Source of the DNA: Balanoglossus misakiensis
Taxonomy: Eukaryota > Animalia > Hemichordata
Direction of reading: 5' to 3'
Assembly (NCBI GenBank): GCA_040954595.2
Contig: CM082587.2
Coordinates: 12,240,153 to 12,304,152, forward strand
DNA length: 64,000 nt
Positions 1 through 11,044 of the stretch are shown here, one piece after another. Position numbers and translations under genes: made by a program. Below the pieces are notes generated by a model that searched no databases, was not told the origin of the DNA, and worked only from the letters and a program-made list of their open reading frames with translations. Numbering within the stretch: position 1 is the stretch's first letter; each line of letters opens with the position of its first letter.

Positions 1-1700
1 AGAAGTCAACCAGTATGAGAAGTCGGTCTCGGCCAGTACGAGAAGTCGGCCTGTGGGAGAGAACCCTGGTACTTTGTGTTATATATAACTGTTTCACTAC
101 GAAATGTTTCCTTGATGTACAGGAGCTGAGATATTTGTACAAATAGCCGATGAATTTTAAAACTGTCTGTTCACTTTTCATGTACGTCACCGGGGTACGT
201 CAACATCAGTCACCTGCACTTCTTGAGCTGCGCCAGTAGTCTGTTCCTTGTCACGTTTGTTTGTTTGTTTGTTTGGTGTTGTCTCAGAAAGTATGAATAT
301 ACACATACATCTTCTATGTATTTTAGTAGGCTTTGAAACAACTCCCTTTAATCAGAAATGTCACAGGAATTTGGCGAACAACCTAAGCTCCTTACGCGGA
401 TACGGGGCTGGGGAACTGGTACGGATGCCAGACGCCATTATTTGAAATGACGCCATTGTGTTGTCAAGAATTTGGGAAATCCGTCCAAATGAAAATATTT
501 AGTGCAATTATATTTTATTAAGTGTTGTTATAAGTAATCTGGGTCATTACTGCACTATTCGGGTACAAGTTCAACAACTGGCCGACTTCTCATACTGGCC
601 GACTTCTCATGCGCGCGAACTGGCCGACTTCTAATCTGCCCGACTTCTCATGTATTCCTATACATTAGTGAAAATTGGGCAAACTGGTGTTTTCAGACAA
701 CTTATGAAGTCCTTGTCTCAATGGAGGTACCTGCCAACAACAGGTAAATTCTTGTACTGCCACAATTTGCATGTGCACAGAGTGTTACTAGGGAACCAGT
801 TGTGAGACAAGTAAGTTTGAATCTGTAGCAGTTAATAATGATAATTATCATTTTTTTATTATGATTTAAACTTCACTGATGTTGTACAAACACAAAAATA
901 GAAAGGGATAGCAGCTTAGCTCTATTCCGTTTCGAAAGTTGTTGTTCTTTTAAACTACCTGTGCATTTTTTTTATTTATTCTGATTATGCTAATATGCTA
1001 ATTTGTCGGTTTGTCACATCACAATTTTTGAAGGAAACTCACCCCTGATGATCATGGAAAATTTGACCCTTTTCCTTGCAGGACTCAACCAGTGTCAACC
1101 AAATCCGTGCCAGAATGGTGGCTTCTGTCAACCGGCTCGAAATTCCTGCTTTGATCTCACCTGCATATGTACTGGTTGCTACAAAGGTGATAGGTGTGAG
1201 ATATGTAAGTATACAGCGCAGTCTCATTCAAATACTGCATGTTTCCTGAGCATAGGTGTAGCCATCACCACAGCAGAGCTTGGAGAGTTCTTGACATCGA
1301 ATGCAAGATTACACTCTTTCCAATCAAAATCACTTTCGTGGCGCATAATGTCTTGATTGTCTTGGTTCAAGAAACATTATGCGCGACTGGCCAATTTTAC
1401 TGCCTTTTGTCAACACACATCCACTATGGAAATTCTCACTCCAGGCCAGATAGTGTAAATTTACATATGAGTCTACAGGTGTGCTTGAAGTCAAGTCAAG
1501 CATTTGCAAGGAACCCTCCTCCAGTACACAGGTCTTTGATTTCATGAAAGGAAGCCCTTGCCTCACAGTCACTGCCATGTGATCTATGGAGGTGTGAACA
1601 ACTTGATACCAGCCTAATATAAGTTGTAGGCACAGCAAACATCGTGCAATTTCTATTCATGCCAGTGTGTGAACTCTTACACAGGAGACATCTGTCAAAC

Positions 1701-2586
1701 CATAGACCCTAGAGAAAGAAGGGCGAGCAACTGCGGCAAAGATCAAAGGGTTTGGGGATTATCTGTATGATGATGTTTTTGTTGTATATAATTAACACCC
1801 AGGACAGTCGGACAATGACTTCCTTACTTCGGCACGTGTCGACCCCACCAGTGATACGAAAACTTGCCACCAAACTGGCACTACTGCATTTCAGCAGCCA
1901 CTGCGTTTTTTTCTAAAATTCTAAAAGTATTACGATGTCTGTGCTAATTATTATGGTTTGGTGTTCGTCTGTCGGTTGAACGGTCATTTCTAGTGCCACA
2001 AGCTTCATTTAAAAATTGTAAACAAATCATCCATGTTTTTTGCATGTCCGACTGGGCACTCATATTTCTTAGTAACGCTGTCACTTTTCGTAATAATGTT
2101 ATGTTTGCGTGAAGCATTGAAATAAAAATTGTGGTTTAGGGGCATTTTATTTCGCAGTGCGTGAACAATAAAACAGATTTCACGAAAACAATTTGTAAAC
2201 AAACTGGGTGGATTATCATGTGTGCGCTATGGCCGCCAGGCAACCCTCGGTACGGTTAGCTCACAGCCTTGTGAAATACCCGGACTGTTAGACAAAAGAT
2301 GCTTGTTTTGGACGCTGTCAGACTCAGATTCAAATTCCTGTTTAACTTGTCCAGATGTTTTCCATAAATAATCGCTGCGTTCAACCACGTTGCAGTTTTC
2401 TCGTCTTCTGCGAGATGTTCTGAGGTGTTGTGATAACTTCACACAAAACACGAGACTTTGCGTTAGTTTATACACAGTTTATTTGCAAATTGGATTATTG
2501 GGATTTATCTGGAAATAATGTATGCAAAAGAACATCATTTCAAGAAAAAACTGGAGTTGCGCGTCCTTCTTTCTCTAGGGTCCATG
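1701..2586. mobile_element. Non-autonomous TIR transposon, P-superfamily-like (also 17520-18404, 33268-34152, 53960-54843)
   Basis: ~36-bp imperfect TIR (catagaccctagagaaagaagg... / ...ccttctttctctagggtccatg), 7-bp TSD GTCAAAC at 1694-1700 and 2587-2593, and CATRG termini. Confidence 0.85.
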
Positions 2587-4339
2587 GTCAAACAAGTGAG
2601 TATATACTTTCAAGACACCCTGCAAACAAACAAGCCATCTTCATTCCGTAGATCTTTTAAGCTTATTTATACATTGTAAATTTTGATGTGAAACTTTATT
2701 GGTCTTGTTGCCAAACTTCTGAAGAAATGAGGATATTGTTTTGAAAGGTATTTTATCAGTAGGTAACAAATACCATGGCCCTCCATGCAAATACCCACAT
2801 GGTAAATTAAAACTGTTACAGATGTATTTGATTTCCACATATTGATTACATGTGGGATAATATTGGGTGCTGGCAGTTTCAGTAAATGAACTGCTCTTAA
2901 AAGTTGGGCGTCAGGGCACCCTTGATTTTGCCTGTTCCAAGCTAGAATAGTCTGTCCATATGAATATTTGTTCAGCAAGTTACAAGCAATCTTTTAAGTT
3001 TGGAATGAAAAAATAGTGAAATGACTTGTGATGTTAATGTGCAATTGTTGGTTGATTTACATGCAACCCCCAGGACTCGATCAATGTTCTCCCAATCCGT
3101 GCATGAACAACGGTATCTGTGAGCCAATCAGTGGATCGTGCAGTGCGTTTACCTGTCGCTGTCAAGGCTGTATCATTGGAATCACCTGTGACCAAGGTAA
3201 ATTTATCAGACGAGGAACTGTTTTTCCCCCCTCATACCGGTATATTTGTCATAGCTGGCAGCTATGAAATTACCTGTATATTTAGGATGTGACAAACCAA
3301 ATAGGCACTTTCAGGAATTGAGTCTTTTTTGCAATTACTAAGTCCTAAACTCCCAAAAGTATAATAAGTAATTCTTATTGTTCAGTTATACATTAAGGAG
3401 GCTTAGTTATAGGAGAACCCGATAGAACCACAGCTGTAGGAATTAAGGAAATGGTCATACCCTAAAAACTTATGTCACTACTATTTATTTATTTTCATTC
3501 CATTGAAACAGAACAAACTCCATGTAGGCCAAGTCCATGCCTGAACAATGGGCAGTGTACTCGGCTGTCGTGTACAACTTATGAGTGTACTTGTCCAGGA
3601 TGTTTCACCGGCACACACTGCAGCCAGTGTAAAACTCATTAAAACAAACATTTTGTCATGCAGGAACTTTATATTTTCATCTTCAGCATCACACCTTGGG
3701 CCTTGGGAATCGTTCACCTCAAAAATGATGTACAACTGAAAGAAAACATGTTTATTTGAAGAAAAAAATGTTGATCGTTCATGAAAATTTTCCCTACACA
3801 AGATACATATACAGAGATTTTCATAGCCCCACAAGTGCGTCCCAGAATGAGCAAGTTGTTTTTGGAAGTGAAGTTCCGTTCAGTATTTACAGTAATGGTA
3901 ATGATGATGTTTTTATCAAACAGATTTTGAAAGTAAATATTGCTGAGATAACATTAGGTTGCACTTTTTATTGCAGTCCAAGATCCATGCCAGCGAAACA
4001 GCTGTCTCAACGGGGCTGTATGTAATGCAGTGGCCAACTCCTGCACGGCATATACCTGTGCCTGTACTGGTTGCTATGAGGGTAACCGTTGTGAAATATG
4101 TAAGTTTCTGACGTACCGTAAATGACAATCTTTTGGGCACTTTCTCTTCATGGCAATTGAATTGTGTGGTAACTTCTCATTTCTAAAGTTTCCACAAGAG
4201 AAAAGAAAACAGAAATTTCATTTGTATGTCCGTGCAATTTAGGATAGGCACGAACTTGTGAGGAAGTGTACGAAGCTGGATGTTTTCATCACTCAAATAT
4301 ACAAGAGTTGCCTCTTGAAGACTAGTGTCTGTAGAGATA

Positions 4340-4492
4340 ATTGTGCATATGAGGTAATCTCTCCTAAGGTGGTGCACACATCTGAGTATTAAGTAAAAGA
4401 GACGTCCTTAATTATCCTTACTATTTGGCTTGAAAAATCAATCTTACTAGGTGTTCTGATTAGAGAGGTGTCCATAAAGACAGGTTTTACTG
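4340..4492. mobile_element. Right-end fragment of a Tc1/pogo-like MITE; a related left end lies at 16451-16490
   Basis: ...agagaggtgtccataaagacaggttttactg-TA versus TA-cagtaaaacctgtgattacggacatctctctaat. Confidence 0.55.
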
Positions 4493-6800
4493 TATTACCC
4501 AAAATAGAGACATTGTCCCTTCATCATATACTTAATGCGTGTTCTGGGTATGGTTCCAGTATAATGCTTGTGTCAAAGGATTTTGTTGTGGTGCAGGAAT
4601 CATCTTTGGTTGAGGTGTAGCCATCTGCATTTCATGTTTTTTAAACTATTTTTTTCTGATAGTCATTAACCCATGTGATCAGAATCCGTGTCAAAATGGA
4701 GGCTATTGTTCCCAAACACCAAATTCTCATACTGACTACACCTGTTACTGCCAGTAGTGTTGGACTGGGGCCATCTGTGCCGTAGGTGTGTCGAATTACT
4801 GTTTTATGACACAGCGTGGTATATAAACCCTCATTTTTGGTATTCTCAATGTGATAGATGGACCCATACACCAATAAATGGGGTGGAAGCATTACTAAGT
4901 TTCATCCTTTCAAAATTTGCTGATGTAGGGTCAAAATTGAGTGTGAGGTGCACGTTAAAAAGGAAAGCCTTCTGTATCATGTTGACGGCACATTTTTTAA
5001 TTTTTCAAGATTCTTACAGAAAAATCCTAGCAATAGCATCATTATGTTATTTTAAATGTACAGGTTTGAAACAAGGAATGAAGACATTGCTCACATATTT
5101 AAACGAAATGAACATCACAAGTACATGTACAAGTTTTTGACAAGCAGGTAATTGATACTTTCATTTTTGTTTTGGCAGCCATTGATCAGTTATACTCTAT
5201 GCCTTGTCAAAATGGTGGCACATGCGTTGCGCGAGACGGCTGTTTCCTGTTTGACTGTATGTGTACCGAATGCTTCACTGGTGCCACATGTACAATGCGT
5301 AAGTACAAACCAATATTATTTTATTCAATGCAAAACACTTGTTATGTATTATATAATATAAGTACGGTACACATATTAAAGCCCTGGTAACTCAAACTTT
5401 GGGCTAGCTTAATGTTATCACTATTTTTGTTTTCGGTTGCAACTGTGGTTTCTTGTCACACTCTAAAGGATTTCACAGCATTTGGTTTTTCAAAACAGCC
5501 CTTTGGTTGTTGTCATGTATACATGTACATGACTGTGGAGTGTAGTTTGTAGATTCTGTAATTTTGACAATATCTTGACTGCACATCCCACAGCTGTCAA
5601 CCAGTGTCAACCCATCCAGTGTCAGAATGGTGGAAACTGTGTGCTGACGCCCAATTGGTGTACTGAATTCACATGCTCCTGTACAAGCTGTTACTCCGGC
5701 GATTTATGTCAGACATGTGAGTGATTTTAAATTTCAGATGAAGAGGAACATAATAACATAACACATAATCGGCTTGCAGTTGGTTTCTTCCAACCTGTAT
5801 CAAACAGTGAATAACGACACAATTTTGGGGAAATTTATTAAGAATGTGTGTGCCATAAAAGGGGATTGTGTATTTGACCAAACAACAACCTGCACCGTAT
5901 GGTACACTAAGACACTATTACACCTGTGTCAAAATTTCATTACGTTTCTTTTGTTGAACATGGAAGAAATTTGTCACAGTGATGTTCTGTTGACCAACTG
6001 AGATTTTTACCACTCAACCCTGACTGCACAAATCTGTTTAAAGTATATGTAGTAAATATTAACTGTACACAATTTATATCACTTTCTCTTCTGTGCACAG
6101 ATTTGAATCCGTGTCAGCCCAACCCTTGTCTAAACAGTGGATTCTGCCAGCAAGTGTCCTGCACCGAGTTCAGATGCCAGAGTTCGCGCTGTTTCATCGG
6201 AACCACGTGCGCTGAACGTAAGCAAACCAGTGTCAGATTTGCCGCACAAAGTAGAAATCGCTGGGCTTTGTCATTGATATTGTCTCAATAAAGTTGCCTG
6301 TGATTGTGCAGCTAACCAAGAGACTTATATGCACTACCGTAGCCATGATGTATACTTTCATTGACTCAAATGCTCATCAGAGTAGATGTTGCTATTTTTC
6401 CAACCGTAAATTGAAACATCAGAAAGTTATGACATCAACTACCCCCACCCCCACCCCACCCCACCCCCAACTAGTAAATATTATAAGATGCTGTAATTAT
6501 GATAAAGATGGTAGCACCAAGCTTGGATCAAGTGGTCTTCATTATCCTTCACACATGAACATGATCACACGGATGTGCAATCTTCTGACAGTCTGCTACA
6601 GATTTCACTTCCCACTCAAGTGTGTAAGACCCTAATGTGATACTTTTCATTTCTCTCACCCTTAGCGATCAACCAGTGTCTTCTAAACCCATGTCTGAAT
6701 AACGGAGTGTATCAGCCACTTCAAGGCTCCTGCTCAATCTACACCTGCAACTGTCCAACCTGCTACACTGGGCAAACATGTGTTACATGTAAGTCGCAAG

Positions 6801-8060
6801 TTTTTAGGTCCCATTGGTATGTACCATGGGACCTTATGGGATTGGTTACGTCTGTATGTATGGATGGATGGATGGATGGATGTATGTCTGTATGTCCGTC
6901 CACATCGAAAACTTGAAAACCGCACCGCGTATGACCTCGATATTTGGCGTGTAGATGCAGGCAGGGCTGTAGATGGGAGTTTGTTCAAATGAAGATGTCA
7001 TTGCCAAAAATATGCAAATTAGCTGGGAAAATGTGAAATTGGTCAAAACTTAAAAACTGGACAACCACTGGTCATATTGATTTGAAAATTGGTATGCATG
7101 TACCTTATATCAACCTCATACAATCCTGTATGTTTTGAGCTAATATTATCGATTTCCTATTTTTTTTGCATTTTTTTGTATTTTTCCATGTTATTGGTAA
7201 AAAGTCTTTGAAATTTAGTATGAAGCCTCCTAATGTTGTCTAAGTAACCATAGTTTTGTTCAAATTGTTGCAAAATTTGCATATCTATAATTTTGAGCAA
7301 TATTTGCCATTTTTGGTCAAAAAATGTTTCTCTTTAAAACCTCATGCCAGATTGCTTTCCAATTTGGTAGGCATGTTCGTAGGGGTAACCTAAATAATAT
7401 GTTGTAAAAAAAAAGATATTTGCATAAATGTGTTATCGGGGAAACTTTTGCAATTTTTGTCAAAAATTGTTTTCTCTGAAACCGCTTGTCCTATTGCATT
7501 GAACTTAGGCAGCATGTTCCTTGTAGTGATTGAAGTAAGATATTGTACAATTTTGGTGATATTTGCATATTTGTGTTTTTGCCACTTTTGAACAAATATT
7601 TTCTGTGAAACTGCTTGTTGGATTGCTTTGAAATTAGTTTTTTCTCTGATTGCTTTGAAATTTAGGCTATAATTTCATAACACATACCTGTATATGTGCA
7701 ACTTTTATTCAGTTCTGAGATCAGAAAGATTAAATATTTAGCGAGTTTTTTTGGTAAGTTTCTTAGTTTTTGGTTAGCAAATCTTCTCCTAAACAAATTG
7801 TCCAGTTGTTTTTAAAGTTACTATTTACAAGGAGTTGTTACCTCGAACAAAGACATGTTTACATAACTTAAATAGGCCAGCTGTTACAGAGACCACCAGC
7901 TATCAAATTTTAATTACCAGTGGCAGGTCAGTGTGTGTCTGTTCCAGGGCTGACTGAAAGAAGTTGCTTCGCATATGTGTTTGTACAGACAATTTTTGGT
8001 CATTTTTTTTCTAGCACCACTTGTAAGACTGCCATGACACATGACAGTTTATTGGGCATG
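6801..8060. mobile_element. Helentron-associated (HINE/DINE-1/pearl-like) non-autonomous element (also ~22661, ~40231, ~56873)
   Basis: T-run start, inverted repeat aggtcccat...atgggacct, (ATGT/ATGG)n microsatellite, then diverged internal repeats (gaaatttggtatgcatgt-like). The 3' end was not identified. Confidence 0.6.
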
Positions 8061-9329
8061 TTCCTTGTTAATGTTTTTACATTCCATATTTCTATATGGT
8101 CAGATCATATCTGCTTGCAAATGTCACCTGTAATTTTTATTCTGGTGTGTCACTGTTTCCGCATAATCCTCAAATGTCATCAGATCTCCGAATGTGATGA
8201 AAACAGTGTGTTTTGAGTGTTTTTTAAATGACCTTTTGGGTTAAAAGTGGCAAAAATGGCAATTTTGTCTTGAAAGGGGTCAATAAGACTGACTTTTTTG
8301 GAATCAGCACCATTTTTTACATTGAATGGACTAGTCTGCTCAAACTTTCCTTACCAACAATTCTGTTTAATCTTCTGTAACATGTATACTAGTATACATG
8401 TAGCTGCCTGATAGTTTGCCCTGTGTGTGTAATTGCTGAGTGACATAACGCATTCTGTGATTGGTGCAGTCACGTAACCACCAATAAGATCGCTTGTTAT
8501 AAGGAGAACTGCACGACCTTTAACCGCATTAGCATACCTGATTTTTAGGGCTCGATATTACCTCTGAGGACGCAATATTTAAGTTGAAGTTTTTTTCTTT
8601 TATCATATTAGAGCAAGAAGACTTGTTTTTATGTAAAAGAAATAGACCCTAATATACAGAGTGCATTTTGAAACGATAGGCAGGTCCGGCCCATAGCCTA
8701 ATTCTTCATTTTTCTGTCATGCGTAGGAATTGATCAGTGCTAACAACCCATGTCAAAATGGCAGCACTTGCCAACCCTAACCTCGCGTGTGGCATTGACG
8801 TGCACCTGCCAAGGATGCTATACTTGGAGCGCTGTGAAAATTGTCAGTCAGTTTATTTTGTCAAATTAATCAATATGTGTGGGACTGCTATACATGTATA
8901 TAAAACAGAATACTGCGATGGAAAATTCTATAACTTAATGTTTCACTGGATATATGACTTAAAGTTAGCAGGATGCAGTGAATTCAACAGAAAGTGTAAT
9001 TTCCTCTTGTGTGAGCTCTGTGCAACTGTGCCAATGAAAATCTCACCACAAACAAAAATGACGGGTATACACTGTATATTAGCAGCTTTGTCTCTGCAAT
9101 AGCCATAGTGTTTTGAAGTTGAAAACTTGCAAAGTGTGCAGTTTTATTCACACTACAAAGGAAACATTGTTAAAACGGATTATCTGTGTACATTGTCAAA
9201 CTGTACACTTGTCGTGAGATTTATTCTCAATTATATTATATCATGCTACCGTCCGCAATTCTGATTGGACGAGAGCTAAATCCAGCGATGCTAAAATACT
9301 CAATAATGCACTGCTGGCAGTGGTAAAAC

Positions 9330-10529
9330 GGGCTTTCTGTTTGCCACATGGGTTTGTTCTTTAGGTTGTTGTATGTGTTTACACTCATCATGTTTATTGT
9401 AGAACCAGGGTCGATCAGTGAGGCAACTGCTGTTTGTTCTATCTGCACTGTTACTCGAGGCCTCCTACCATTTGATTGTTGTAGAGTGAAGCAGTATTCA
9501 TCTCCCGAGCTGTCTTCCACTTTATGCACAGCTTTGACAGTTTCATCCTTGTCTACCCTATTTGCCTTGCCTTTTGATCGGTAGCATTTGGCAAAATGGT
9601 TAGGTTTGCCACACTTCCTGCATGACTTGCCTTTAGCTGGACATACTGAGTCATGTGGATAGGTGCCACCACAATAATAACAAGTGGACGGTCCTTTCGC
9701 TGGCTGCTGATGAGCTCTCTTTTGTTTATTGGGTTTCGGGCGTTGATGGCGCTGTTTTCTGACCGCATTCACAGATGCCGTGTCTGCACCATTATTATGG
9801 GGTTTCTCCTCAATCCCACTAGCCTGAACCTCTGATACCTCAAATGAACGGGCTGTACTCAGTAGATTCTCTAGTGTCGTCTCCTCCCAAAGAGCACGAC
9901 GTCTGAGACGGGCTGATGTGAATCCTCGTATGATTTGTGATTTGACCTCTTGATCCTTATTGGTGAAGTCACATATGTTTCTGCTAGGCGTTGCAAACAA
10001 GTGTGATAGGCATCAATCGATTCGCCGTTGTTTTGTATGGTGTCTCTGAAGATGAATCGTTCGTATTCAATGTTCCGTTTGGGTGAGAAGTACGACGTAA
10101 GCTTTAATTTGGCTGTTTCACAGCTCGTTCCTGTATCTGGTAGAGTATCAAAGAAGTCGGAAACTTCCTCACCTGCCCAGTGCAATAGCAGTGCACGTTG
10201 TCGCTTGTCATCTGTAATGTTGAATGCGACAAATGCGTTTTCTACTCTAACCATGTACTTTTTCCATCTCGTACTGGTGGTTGTCGGGTCTGAATGAACA
10301 GGAAAACTCGGCATTGACGGCTAGCTGATTCTCCATGTTCTCCGTCCTCGTCGCCAAATATAGAATCGTGGGTGGGCAATAATGACAACATGAGACACCA
10401 AGTCCGGCATGTAAGAGTGAGAGTGCCTAGCCTCATTCACGCACTTTATTCATAATGACCCGAATGTTGCATTACGTCATTTTACAGAATGTATAAAGTA
10501 TAGATGCTCACTAGTGTTTGGACACTACA
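9330..10529 (-). mobile_element. gag: 3'-truncated Ty3/Gypsy LTR retrotransposon (Mag-like): 5' LTR, PBS, frameshifted gag, protease start
   Basis: Gag N-terminus (WKKY...RALLLHWAG) at 10314-9871, Zn knuckles CYYCGG..H..CPA...CRKCGKPNHFAKC, and a degenerate protease site LIDPGS. Putative LTR ~10359-10529 with minus-strand AATAAA at 10445-10450. No RT, integrase or 3' LTR. Confidence 0.9.
10345..10356 (-). promoter_or_regulatory. Primer-binding site TGGCGACGAGGA, complementary to the 3' end of tRNA-Ser(GCU)
   Basis: Lies just inside the putative LTR and upstream of the gag ATG. From memory, eukaryotic tRNA-Ser(GCU) ends ...UCCUCGUCGCCA. Confidence 0.75.
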
Positions 10530-11044
10530 ATATACATGTGACTGCAGTGTCTTTCCAATCATGAATTTGCAAGGTGTCCTTCAGAGAAAATCTTCTGATT
10601 CTCTTTTCTGATTTGCTTTGCATATTTAACTTAATGATCTCATTTGTTGGAATTCCCTGTCTCAAATTTTTGATGATCAGTCTCTGCCCCATTGCTCATC
10701 GTCCCAACTTTCTGATGATATATGGATGATAGATGGGATCAAATCTTTGGTCGTGTATTTGCTACAAATGGTAGGTATTGGTTCGTGATTGAGTCTTTGT
10801 GTTGTATATTTGGGGGGGCAGTGGTATGAGTTGGATTTATGCCAATCTTTAAGTTAAGTGTTATTTGGGTTGCCGTTGAGCATTGATGGCTTGATAAGTG
10901 GGGCTAGGGTCAATTTTGATTGGGTTTGGATTGTTTGGGCTATGATAGGTTGGGTGATGGCTAGGATTTGTGGTGGGTATATGGTGTGGTGTAAGAGATG
11001 GAGGCATTATGGGGTCTGGTGAGGTTTTTGTGAAGGAGGCCATG

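Larger units (their letters stand above)
697..8842 (+). pseudogene. Decayed multi-exon EGF-repeat gene fragment (fibropellin/Notch-like repeats with 8 Cys), copy U1
   Basis: AG/GT-bounded phase-1 exons at 697-810, 1082-1204, ~1634-1700 (5' part deleted, split by a transposon), 3074-3196, 3512-3628, 3977-4099, 4663-4785, 5179-5298, 5594-5716, 6101-6217, 6666-6788 and 8727-8842. Example translation: CQPNPCQNGGFCQPARNSCFDLTCICTGCYKGDRCEI. Stops occur in 697-810, at 4755-4757 and in 8727-8842 (which is also frameshifted), and several Cys are lost. Confidence 0.9.

Noticed and set aside
1-660. Short repeated GAGAAGTCGGCCAG motifs resembling a CRISPR array or operator array
   Set aside because: The spacing is irregular, the motifs are inverted at the two ends, the context is eukaryotic and no cas genes are present. 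They are MITE subterminal repeats.
2227-2475. Possible THAP/transposase remnant inside the P-like element
   Set aside because: No C2CH or DDE motif was found in the frames translated by hand.
6441-6470. (CCCCA)n tract, G-quadruplex-capable on the minus strand
   Set aside because: It is a short intronic simple repeat with no evidence of function and is not telomeric.
1003-6916. Calling the EGF exons Notch, fibropellin or crumbs
   Set aside because: The repeats have eight Cys, no consistent calcium-binding consensus and no other diagnostic domain, so no gene symbol is justified.
9236-10000. 254-aa ORF as a functional or domesticated gag gene
   Set aside because: It is frameshifted from the gag N-terminus, the protease motif is degenerate (DPG), and it runs into unrelated sequence.
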